DNA of 62,252 nt, the filler included, from Rhabdomonas costata (taxonomy: Eukaryota), in NCBI GenBank assembly GCA_019059605.1. It is 32 parts of 32 records of this genome, joined end to end, with 100 filler letters (N's around TTAATTAATTAA, not from the genome) between each part and the next. Parts side by side here need not be neighbours in the genome. Positions count along the whole stretch, not along the records: positions 1 to 1,849 come from JAHMHO010008223.1; positions 1,950 to 3,779 come from JAHMHO010008224.1; positions 3,880 to 5,728 come from JAHMHO010008225.1; positions 5,829 to 7,677 come from JAHMHO010008226.1; positions 7,778 to 9,627 come from JAHMHO010008227.1; 27 more parts are not named here. The stretch is one strand, 5' to 3'. The notes under the pieces were generated by a model that was given only the letters and a program-made list of their open reading frames with translations, was not told the DNA's origin and ran no database searches. Made by a program: the position numbers and the translations under genes. This document shows positions 1 through 9,627 of the stretch, piece by piece. The number at the start of each line of letters is the position of its first letter. Position 1 is the first letter of the stretch.

Positions 1-1
1 G

Positions 2-250
2 TTTGTTGTGTTCGAGGCCCTCGCCGCGCCCACGGGGCGCCGGAAGCTCTCCCGCCGGGCGGTGACCCGAGTGCTACTGCCTGTGGTTGCCGTGGCAAAC
101 GCCTTCTACGCCTTTGCCGAGGACCGCCTCACCACACTAGCACACGGGCTGGCCCTGGCCATGGGCTGGGGCTGCGGGTGGCTGTCCTGGAAGTTCCCAG
201 GCGGGACAGGTGGGGATGGTGGACGTGCTGGTGGCGCGGATAGGAGATAG
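2..250 (+). CDS. Partial exon of a membrane protein, possibly rhomboid-like C-terminal TM segments
   Basis: GC3-rich open frame with two hydrophobic stretches (VLLPVVAVANAFYAF; LAHGLALAMGWGCGWL). AH...G...G weakly resembles rhomboid TM6. It ends either at AG|GT (209/210) or at the stop at 250. Confidence 0.3.
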   Translation, partial: FVVFEALAAPTGRRKLSRRAVTRVLLPVVAVANAFYAFAEDRLTTLAHGLALAMGWGCGWLSWKFPGGTGGDGGRAGGADRR

Positions 251-1312
251 TATGGTCGGAATCGTTATGGCTACCGTGGGAGCTCCAGGGGAGCAGAGTG
301 CGATGTTTGGCGATTTGCTGTTGTCAGCGGGCCCACCGTGTGGCGAATCTCCCTGCTTTTGCTTCTTGTTACCCCCAGTTATCAGTTGGCCGGCGACATC
401 GTCAACCGCCGTTACCGCTAGGTGGGCGGACGTGGTGGAAGTCTGCGCTGCAGTGCCGTTCTGTGCGTTTTGGCTTCACTGCGCGTGTGTGGGTAGCAGC
501 TCACAAAAATCCATTATCAGGTATCAGCCACTAAAAAAATGCGACGTTGCACATGTGATTGCGGAAAGAGAAATAGTGGGAGGGGATATCACGTATCAAC
601 GAGGCCCCTCAACTTTCTTTGCCTGCCTCCTCTTCGCCCCACTTGGTCTGAATCCCCACCGCAAACCCCATCCGCCCGAGTTTTTGTGATATTTTCACCA
701 TGGTGCTCCCGAACGTTCCGTTGTCAGCCCCGTCAGTGAACCACCCGGAAACAGAAAGGGCAATTCCACAATGCCGCAAAGTTCTCGGACCCATGGGTTT
801 TTTGGCCTTTGATCCCTTCGGCATGCTTTGCGCGTTCGAAGTATGCTAACAGAGTATAAGGTTCCTCCGCCTCCTTGTTCCTCTGCCCTTTCTTCGCAGC
901 ATCGTCTCTGTTTTGGTTGTTGGCCTTCCGTTCCTATTCGTTTTCCATTTTATTCGCACCCCTGTCTCTCTGCCCGCTTTCCTTCCTGGTCACTGCTTTG
1001 GCAGTGGGCACCCACCCTCTTTGCCTCCCACCCTTCGTTGATCGCAGCCTCAGTAGTCCAGCGAGCTGGGGCCTCCGGGTGCGCTCCCCCACCCCCCCGC
1101 GAGTGGGTGGGAGCTTCGAGGAGGAGGAATTAGTTTTAATGTAATATTGAAAAGAAATGCACTGCACATTCAATCCGAAGCTAGCACCCGGCCCCTTCCT
1201 TCCGAAAAGGGAAGGTCTACCCACCCCAGGGGCCGCAGATTCCGAAGGCACCTGCTACGCACTGAAGATCACGCTGTGCTCTTAAACAGCTAAACCCACC
1301 GCACAGACCGAC

Positions 1313-1411
1313 CTGCACATTGGGGTTCGCCCCCGCGGCGTGCAGCGCACCGAAGACCTCCACGAGGCCCCGGGACGCGGCTTGGTGCATCAGGGTGGAG
1401 CCCTCGGCATT
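1313..1411 (-). CDS. Ankyrin-repeat exon (99 nt, 33 aa)
   Basis: T-rich tract + CAG acceptor, then NAEGSTLMHQAASRGLVEVFGALHAAGANPNVQ, then GT donor. Matches the ankyrin consensus G-T-LH-AA--G--EV---L---GA-PN. Confidence 0.8.
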
Positions 1412-1849
1412 CTGCGCCCCATACAAAAAAACCAATGCACACGGCGATTCTCCCTTCCAACGGTGTCCGACCTACACCAGATCATCCAACACCAAGGCGA
1501 CAGCCGTTCTCTAAACTGTGCCCATTGCCCTGCATGGGGTGGGTGAACAAAGGGTGGGTCCGTTTGTATGATATGCTCGGCTGTCTTGTGACTAAAAGAC
1601 TACGGGCATGGATACCCCCCACCCTCCCCATACAGCCGCCACACTTCTCCTCTCTTCCAGGCGATGCTGCCTGCCCAAGGCATACGCCGGGTGAGACATC
1701 CATCAGCTCCACGGGAAGTGTACGGCAACAGTGGGGACGGGGTTTTTCTGCGGCCACTGCCATTGACCGCGGCCCATTCGCGCCACTACACCCCCTTCCC
1801 CCTCACACAAACCAAATATGGTACTGTGGTTTTTGTGTTGAGCTCAAAA

Positions 1850-1949
1850 NNNNNNNNNNNNNNNNNNNNNNNNNNNNNNNNNNNNNNNNNNNNTTAATTA
1901 ATTAANNNNNNNNNNNNNNNNNNNNNNNNNNNNNNNNNNNNNNNNNNNN
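1850..1949. other. Artificial contig spacer (first of 31, recurring about every 1.95 kb; last at 60303-60402)
   Basis: N-run, TTAATTAATTAA (stops in all six frames), N-run; identical at every junction. Confidence 0.99.
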
Positions 1950-2619
1950 TGTGTTGGGTGTGGGTGGGTTGTTGTTGTATATTCGCAGTGAGTGTGATCA
2001 TTTTTTAACTCTTTGCCATTTTTTCCAACGGGGAACTTGATTTTTTGTTTCTTCGTTTTTTGTATGGTGGTTTTCCTGTGCCCTCCCCCTTCACTGTGAC
2101 GGCTCCCCCACTGCCCCACATTCCCAAGAAAAACCGAAGTGTTTTCACTGAAGCAACCCCAGCTGTCATCATTTGAAACCAGCTTTTCTGGTGGAGTAGG
2201 CTCCCACCGCAAGCACAGCAATCATTAGTCTGAGTAGGCACCTGCAACCTGCAGGACCAGCGCGACATTGGGTGGGGTGAAAAGCCAATTCGCGGCATGA
2301 GGACATTCTTGGCAAAGTATCTAAGAGTTGTCCCAACATCAACCTCACATCCAAAACGGGCTGCATCTTGGTCGAGGAATCGTTTTGGAGGCATAAACGT
2401 ACATGCTCCAACGTAACTGCGTAGAAGCTGGAGGGCTGCTTGTGGCAATCCAGGGCGACGACGCTGGTTATCGAACAAACCTCTTGCCTCCCACAGGGTT
2501 TTTCCCGACTTGTCAGGTGCCACTATCTCATCTTACTTGCAAACTGCTGGTCATGGTCATCTGCCGCACGAGCGTCGGTCTTCTCAGTACAAAGCTTGTT
2601 CCGGCCGACCTGTTTCTTC

Positions 2620-3010
2620 CCTCACTGTGACATGTGATGACTGTTGGTCTTGCTCCACGGCAGCGTGAGGATTCTCCCCCCGCCACACCCGACACTTGTG
2701 CATGTGAACACACCCATTGAAATAATAATTTGCTTCAAATTTGCATATGCTAACAAGCATATGCCTCCGGAAGCGGGGGCGCCTCCACTTGCCCAGCAAC
2801 CACCGACAAAACTGCAAGCGCTTAGCTCTATCTCCGCGGTGCAGCCGTTGTCTTAGCTGTAACTTGTAAGGAAAGAGCCCAAGCTCATACCGCAACAGCC
2901 GATGAACGGTGGTTTGGTGAAGTCCTGTCTTAGCGCTCAGCCTCCGGACTGACATTCGAGGTTTACAACGGATGGCACGTCGCGAGCATGTGGTCACCAT
3001 GTCACGTCGC
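2620..3010 (-). mobile_element. Degenerate Tc1/mariner-superfamily transposase fragment (HTH + start of catalytic domain)
   Basis: PRMSVRRLSAKTGLHQTTVHRLLRYELGLFPYKLQLRQRL...DRAKRLQFCRW...EANYYFNGCVHMHKCRVWRGENPH...HVTV. Typical Tc1/mariner pattern, but the first catalytic SDE is mutated and the domain is truncated. Confidence 0.8.
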
Positions 3011-3384
3011 AGGCCACATTGGTCCGTCCAGTGTGCGCAGGGGTCGGCTCCTGTGTTGGGCCCCAAGCACACTCCCCTCCTCCTCCCGTAACTCTCGGAC
3101 CCACCTTCTCAGTGCCTCCCTGTCCCTGCCGTTTTGAACTATCCTCCACCAAATCCATTTTTGTCACCCTCACATTTCCTGTCCTGTTTCAGTCTTTGCA
3201 TTAACATTAATTTTGTGCTTTATCATCTTTGTTTCTTTTGTGCTTAGTTCACCCCTGCTATCTGTCTCGCGTTTCTTCCTGTAAATTTTTTGTTTTTTGT
3301 GTTGCACTCTCCCCGTGCCTGTGCCGCAGTGCCGTGACTGACTTAAATTTATAGTGATTGATTTCATTTGTGCTTCTGATGCTT

Positions 3385-3779
3385 CAGCAGTGCTGTCTTC
3401 CCATTCGTCTCGGAGGGCTCGGCATTCAAAGCCCTTCCCTGACCCACAGTGCCGCCTACTTCTCTTCGGCTTTGGCCGACTACTCGGGAGCGTTCTCCAC
3501 GGAAAGTGAATCGTTCTCTCCAACAGCAAACCCATGGTCCTCTGCCCGCACCTTCTGCGACCAGTTAGAGTCTTCGGAGCTAGTGCAATGGCTTGCACAG
3601 GGCGCCCTCCCTCAGCCGAGTGAGATCGTTAAGGATCAGCTGTTTGCTCAGCACTACTGCGCTGACAAAGTGCATGTGTTCCTTCAGAAGGAACTTCTCC
3701 CTCTCCGGGACTAGGTGAGACTTCTGAGCTTGGGCAACCGTCATGCAGGTGCACGGCTGGGTGTGGCTCCAAACACCAA
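3385..3779 (+). mobile_element. Non-LTR retrotransposon fragment (CRE-like, post-RT region), pseudogenised
   Basis: QCCLPIRLGGLGI...AAYFSS...RD*VRLLSLGNRHAGARLGVAPN: LP-R-GGLG and RL-S...AGAWL--P motifs of RLE-type non-LTR elements, with an in-frame TAG at 3712-3714. Confidence 0.75.
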
Positions 3780-3885
3780 NNNNNNNNNNNNNNNNNNNNN
3801 NNNNNNNNNNNNNNNNNNNNNNNTTAATTAATTAANNNNNNNNNNNNNNNNNNNNNNNNNNNNNNNNNNNNNNNNNNNNGTTGTG

Positions 3886-4040
3886 TGGGACAATTCATCG
3901 TAGAGTATAAATTCTCGTCAACAAAAAAAGGCTGGTCGAAGCTTTGTGGGAATCCTTCTGCCCCGCCTCATTCATACCAAGCAACTTCGGCCAGCCTTTT
4001 TTTGTTGACGAGAATTTATACTCTACGATGAATTGTCCCA
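3886..4040. repeat. Long inverted repeat: 56-bp arms (3886-3941, 3985-4040), 43-nt loop
   Basis: Arms are reverse complements at 55/56 positions; the single difference gives a G-T pair. Confidence 0.95.
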
Positions 4041-4221
4041 TCCAAAACAGTTTTTCTGCAGTTTTAAAAGGACCGGAACTTTTTATGGGGGAGGGATAGG
4101 GTGCCTTACGTCATGCAACATGTGACTCGGTGTATAACAGGAAACTCAGCGACCGAAATCTTAGGTGAAGCAGTCACCAGAAAAAAGGAATCTAACACAG
4201 ATGGATGGGCAGTGCGTGCAC

Positions 4222-5230
4222 CAGAAGGAAGTGCATCCTGGCGGAGGAGGAGTTCGCCTCCAGGGCCTCCTGACACACCCCAACCGCGGCGTCGGCGTTG
4301 CCCGCAGAGAGCAGCTCCGCAGCGGCCTCTGTTCGAAGAGCAGAGAGAGACTACTCACAATCAAACGAAGATGGGACGAGCTTCCATATTTGCTAGCAAA
4401 CCACAATTCAGGTGGCGGTCCCACCAAAGGGGTTGTGTCGTCCCCCAAAGAGAAGCGCAGACAACGCGGTCGCAAAAGGATTTGAGCATGACATGGCCAA
4501 AAAGAACGCAGAGGTTACACGGCAACACATGGGATAGGAAGGTGGAAAGGGAAAACCCGATTTCCAACCCAAACGACGGAGCATTGAGGACTTTCGAATT
4601 GGACCCTGTCAGGTCATTCACACCCGCTCCTCACCACTTGTAACGCATTGGTACTGCTCAGATGTGAAAACCCTCTATATATCCGAAAGTGTATGGCTTT
4701 TGGAATGTGGAGCATAGAGCAATCACAACTTCAAAAGCTTGCCAAATAAAACGGTGTTGGTTCTTGTGATATGCTGGTTGTGTTCCGGTGGGGGTACCCG
4801 GTACCGGTAGCAGCGAATACTATTAGTAGCAGGGACCACAGATATTTGTTGATTTGACCGGTGAAGGATCCAATGATTCAAGCAAATAATTCGCAGGGTG
4901 TTGGGTGACGATTCACGTGCCCCCAGGGATTCCACTAGTAGCTTTTGCAGAAAGGTGGCGACGCATGATTTCCATAATATAAGCGACAAGCGTTTATCGC
5001 TGGTTCTTAGATATTCTCTTGGGTACCACTGGTACCGGGTATCCCTTCCGCGCACTATTTGACGAAACCGACTAACCTTCGCCATCACAACCTGGTGACA
5101 CCAGAGTACTCACACGGCAGGACTTCACACCTGCCAGGTCCACTGGGGAGGAGGAGCTGGAGGCCAACCCTAGGACGACGAGGGTGAGCAAGGCCAGCAC
5201 ACACCCGCAGCGGGCTGCGCCCCCTGCCAT
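4222..5230 (-). CDS. Signal-peptide + TPR-like protein, exons 5230-5131 and 4328-4222 (3'-partial)
   Basis: Phase-compatible GT-AG splicing gives MAGGAARCGCVLALLTLVVLGLASSSSSPVDLA-E-AAAELLSAGNADAAVGVCQEALEANSSSARMHFLL: hydrophobic N-terminus plus TPR-like helix pair. Confidence 0.7.
4791..5045. mobile_element. Putative MITE (~255 bp) inside the TPR-gene intron
   Basis: Terminal inverted repeats GGGGTACCCGGTACCGGTAGCA / TACCACTGGTACCGGGTATCCC (18/22 match). Flanks share TTCCG, a possible decayed target-site duplication. Confidence 0.4.
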
Positions 5231-5285
5231 CAGGGGGGAGCCTTCACAAAAATCCAAAAAGCAGAATCAAAAAAAGAGAGATGCT
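5231..5285 (-). promoter_or_regulatory. Polypyrimidine tract + AG, candidate SL trans-splice acceptor upstream of the ATG at 5230
   Basis: Minus strand reads CTCTTTTTTTGATTCTGCTTTTTGGATTTTTGTGAAG|GCTCCCCCCTGATG. Confidence 0.4.
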
Positions 5286-6053
5286 CTGTGCAGCGTGATG
5301 GATTGCTCTGTGGGATGGGATATTCCCGGAATAATGCTCCAATGCTGGGGATTCTCATCAAACGGTTCCCCGATGCTCAGCAAAGCCTCCGCGTTGGAAA
5401 TGCAGTGTGGACTTGTTGTGGTGCAGGCACATTATCAAACCCGGCAATCTTCGGGAAGGTTGACTACACATAACACCTGCAGAACACAAATTGGCAAACT
5501 TCGTTGGGTATGCGTAAAACGGATGAGGAATCTCGATGACATTCCGAAAAAGGGAAGCTTGCCAGGTAGCACCTCCCCAGGTTGCTTTCCCCTTTTCCAG
5601 ACCGGTCGCTCGGTACTGAGTTTCTTAGAATGCAGTGGTGAGGCAGACAGCTCAGTCGTTGCAGTCCATCTACGGCAGCGACAGCGGAAAGGAGGCAAAG
5701 GCTGAGCTGTCTGCCACACCACCACCACNNNNNNNNNNNNNNNNNNNNNNNNNNNNNNNNNNNNNNNNNNNNTTAATTAATTAANNNNNNNNNNNNNNNN
5801 NNNNNNNNNNNNNNNNNNNNNNNNNNNNGGGGTTGGTGGACGACCTTAGGAAGCTCACTGGAAACCCGGCAGAAGGAATAACTTGAACGATGGGTGATCA
5901 CGAGTTAGGTTAGGTTGGTGTGGTGTGGTGAACCATTGACTGAGTTCGTCCCCGATTGATAACTATGGTTGTTGGAAAACGGTGACCGGTGACATCGCAC
6001 CGCGCGCGCACACACACATACACAAACAAGCACAAACACAAACAAACAAACAC

Positions 6054-6839
6054 CGTCATCTCTGCGGCTTGCTCGAGGTATCCCGAAGAGCCTCGCAACA
6101 GAATGCTGTCCACCACCACCCCCAGCCTCGTCGCGCAGCTCAGCGCGTTCATCACCGCCACGTGCTGCCCAGGGACATCCCGCGAAACCTGTGCACACCG
6201 AATCGATCCAGAAACGTCTCTGCACCCCACCCTCGAACTCATAGTACATCGATGGAGGGCGCCGTATTTCTTGCAGAAGCCGAAAGCAGAGGTGACTGAA
6301 AAGCTTCCAGCAGGACGTCCGTGCCTCCAAAGCCAATTGGCTGTCATTCAACAGGATAGCCACCCGCACTCCTGCGCAAATGAACTGTAGCGGCAATTCA
6401 CATCACGCACCATCTTAGCAGGGAGGGAAGGACGGATATAAAGAGAAGACAAACCAAGACGCAGAGAATCTGCGCACAGGTCGGGACGCCGCCCCCGCCG
6501 CTGCCGCCCTGTTCTGCCCGCACCTTTTGCACCCGGCAAAGGGCGAGGGACAGGGCTGAGGACAGTGCGCAGCCCTCAGGGTCCGCCTTGACCTGTACAC
6601 GCGTTTCCAAAGACACTCTGCTCTACGCGGCAACGCTTGCTGCTCCGAGCACAGGTATCAAATGCCTGCGAATAGGCTAACGAAGAGCTAACGAAGTGCG
6701 GCTTGGCCATCATCTCCTCCCATGACTTTCCCTTTTTTTTCTGTCTGCACTTCGTGGTGTCCTCTCCTTCTTGCTAGCTGATTTGGTTGCTGCTTTTTTC
6801 CGAGGGACGTGTTGCTGTTCTAACCTGGATCAAAACTGT

Positions 6840-6871
<32 letters not shown>

Positions 6872-7677
6872 CCTCCAAATTCAGCACAGGCAGAATGTCA
6901 TGATCCACCTATCCACTGTTTCCGTGCAATCATGAGGAGGCAGCAGATCACCTGGGCGACCCTTTCTCGGCTCTGCTCAACGAAGCAGTGCACCCCGGAC
7001 AGCATGGCGGCCTGGAAACCATCGAATGCCGCCAACAGGGTGGAGCTCCTGCCCGGAGTCGGTCCGGAGCCAGGGAAGCGGCACAGCGCAGGGCCTACTT
7101 TTCCTTCCTTGCCCTCGGCCGCTTCTTCCTTGACTTGGGCTCCAGCCTTGGAATGTGGAGAGGTGGTCGGCTCTGGCTTCACAGGAAGAGCCTCCGCTCC
7201 TGGCAATTGTGGAGAAACAAAATGAGTGGATAACCCCCCAAAAGAACCGTTGTTACTCACTGCCACCATACGCAAGGGTCTTCATCCAACGAGCAAGTGG
7301 GAGATGGCAGAGAAGTGGAAATGCAAAGGAGAAAATCCGTCAGGCGGTGTATTGATGGTTTTTGCTCATCAGCCTTCATCAAGCCTTCCTCCAATTCCAG
7401 AATTGGGTAAAGGCAGGTCTATGGCAACACACAAAGGGGCAACCCTACCTCCCCCTTCCCCTTCCCGCGCCCTCCTAAGCCGTAAAGCAGCCAAACCAGA
7501 ACACCTGAACAGCTCACCGGCGGAGGGCATGGCGCAGTAGGGTATACCACGCTGGCCCCGTGCGGGGAGGCCCCCACCACGCTCACCGTGTTCGCCGGGC
7601 ACAGTGCCGCGAAGGCCCGCACCCCAAGCAGCACCGCCCGCAGCACCGCGCCCAGCGACAGCGAGCCAGAAGCGGAG
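6054..7677 (-). CDS. TFB4: TFIIH subunit TFB4/p34 (GTF2H3), partial; exons 7677-7518, 7279-7261, 7199-6952, 6592-6455, 6188-6054
   Basis: Spliced product includes LRAVLLGVRAFAALCPANTVSVVGASPHGASVVYP, ALSSALSLALCRVQK, ILCVLVSRDVPGQHVAVMNALSCATRLGVVVDSILLRGSSGYLEQAAEMT, matching Tfb4 vWA-like motifs. All junctions are GT-AG and in phase. Confidence 0.85.
6840..6868. repeat. (CA)n microsatellite in a TFB4 intron
   Basis: About 14 CA units, read directly. Confidence 0.95.
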
Positions 7678-8959
7678 NNNNNNNNNNNNNNNNNNNNNNN
7701 NNNNNNNNNNNNNNNNNNNNNTTAATTAATTAANNNNNNNNNNNNNNNNNNNNNNNNNNNNNNNNNNNNNNNNNNNNGGAGCGGATCGAGTGGGCTACGC
7801 GGGGAAGTCGCAAGAGCCACGTAATTGGTCCGAGCCCGCCGTGCCGTCTGACAGTCGGCGGCCTTGTTCTTGATGGGGTTCTTGGTCTCGCTGGGAGGCC
7901 GTCGTTCTCAGAGAACAAACTAGGACAAAACTCTCCCCTCGAACCTTGCTTGAGGGAAACCACTTTCCCTTTTGATCTCATCCGCTGCCTTGTCTTGGCT
8001 TTCATCCGCTTTTGAATCAAGTCGTGCTTGCATCAATGGCTTCCCTAGCCACTTTCTCCCTCTCAACCTAACTTTTCACTATTCGTTCCCCATAAATCAA
8101 AATACCGGCACGAATCTAGGTAAGTTTAAAAAAGCAGAAGCACAAAAGGCCCGTATCTAAGAGTAAGGCTTATAGGAGAGGCGCGCTGGCAAGCGAATAA
8201 AATAGTCCGGAGGCGCAGTGCAGAAGACAAAAGTCTCGATTTGTAGACGCTGGGCGAGGCGTTCCACTAAACGCGGTTTTTCGGAAGTAGGCGGTATTTT
8301 CGGGGGATTGGTTGGCAAACCGCGGCTGAACAAAGGACTTCGGCCCACCGAGGCACGGACGCACGGCTATGTCAACAAAAAGGCCTTTCCTACTGTTGCC
8401 TTGCCTTGCTTTGCAGTGTCCTGCTTTCACCTCTGCTACCAGGTATTGCAAACCCCGACCCGCAGGGGAATCAGCCCCGCACCGCCCCCGGCCCACTCCA
8501 CAAAGGTCCACACCGGACCGGCCGAAGGGAACCAGGAGACTAACTGTGCCAGGTTGCCTCTTTTCAGGGAGGACGGGGTGGAGTTCCGCGGCCAGATGTG
8601 CCATGTGCAGTTTCATTTTGTCTGTTTGTGTTCCAGAAATTCAGGGAGTGTAACCGAAGAGTTCTTGATGTTCTCTGTTTGTCACGAATTTAGAGCCGCG
8701 ATCTGACCCTGAATTAAAAGCAGCTCTTCTTCCTTCCAACCACAACTACGACTTGGTGTGCAGTGCGTGCGGCTTGCGAGCGGTCGTTGGTAAGCTTCCA
8801 CAATCCAGCGAAAGTTGGTGGTGTTGCGGAGATGTTCACTTTACTGTCCAATCACCGCTTCCTTCTCAGGAGATTCCCTGTTCTACCACACTAGATTGCT
8901 GTCAACGGTAAACAAACAGCCCACACAAAGAGAAGGGGATGTGACAGGAAGTGTTGGAG

Positions 8960-9627
8960 ACTCCACATGAATCAGCACCACACTCGAAAGAAAGACGAGG
9001 GCCCACTGTTGCGCTCGAGACGCTGCACTTGCTTGTGTCACACTTTGTGCTTCATCAAGCCGAGGGATCAATTTCTCCCCGAGAATCAGCTGGGCTTAAC
9101 TCCGGGGTCTAAAGGAGCCCAGACAGCAATCTACATGGTGCACGAATGTGACAACGACCTCAGGACAACTATGCTGTGCAATGTGGATCTTCGCAACGCC
9201 TTCAACCAAGTCAGTAGCCAGGCCTGCTGCCAGACCCTTGCCGACATCGACCCACTGTTGGACGTCCCGCTGGTCTGTAGTCAGTGGAGGCTTCACTTTT
9301 AGCGCCACCACGGGAGTGCTTCAAGGATACCAACTGTCGCCCACTCTTATGTATCGCCCTCGCGCCAATTCTCTGGGGACTAGGCCTGGAAGGAGCGTGC
9401 CGGGACCTATGGTACATGGACGACGGGGTAATCAACGCAGAACCACGAGGAGTAGAACTCTCTACCTCAATGATCTACTCCACACTATAGGGCTTGACAT
9501 CAACGAGCGCAACTGCGAGATGTACTACGACGATCCTGCTCCTGCTCCACATGGCCTCAGTCAAGTGCCATCAATCCAACAGAAATACGAGCGCACCTAC
9601 CTGTGGGCGCCACTAACACCCCAAACC
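8960..9627 (+). mobile_element. Non-LTR retrotransposon reverse transcriptase core (CRE-like), frameshifted pseudogene
   Basis: Across frames: PTVALETLHLLV, LPENQLG, VDLRNAFNQVS, GVLQGYQLSP, WYMDDGV, IGLDINERNCE, covering most of the RT core motifs with several indels. Confidence 0.85.

Noticed and set aside
7049-7098. Possible 50-nt GT-AG intron within TFB4 exon 3
   Set aside because: Removing it breaks the frame, whereas read-through is open and in phase.
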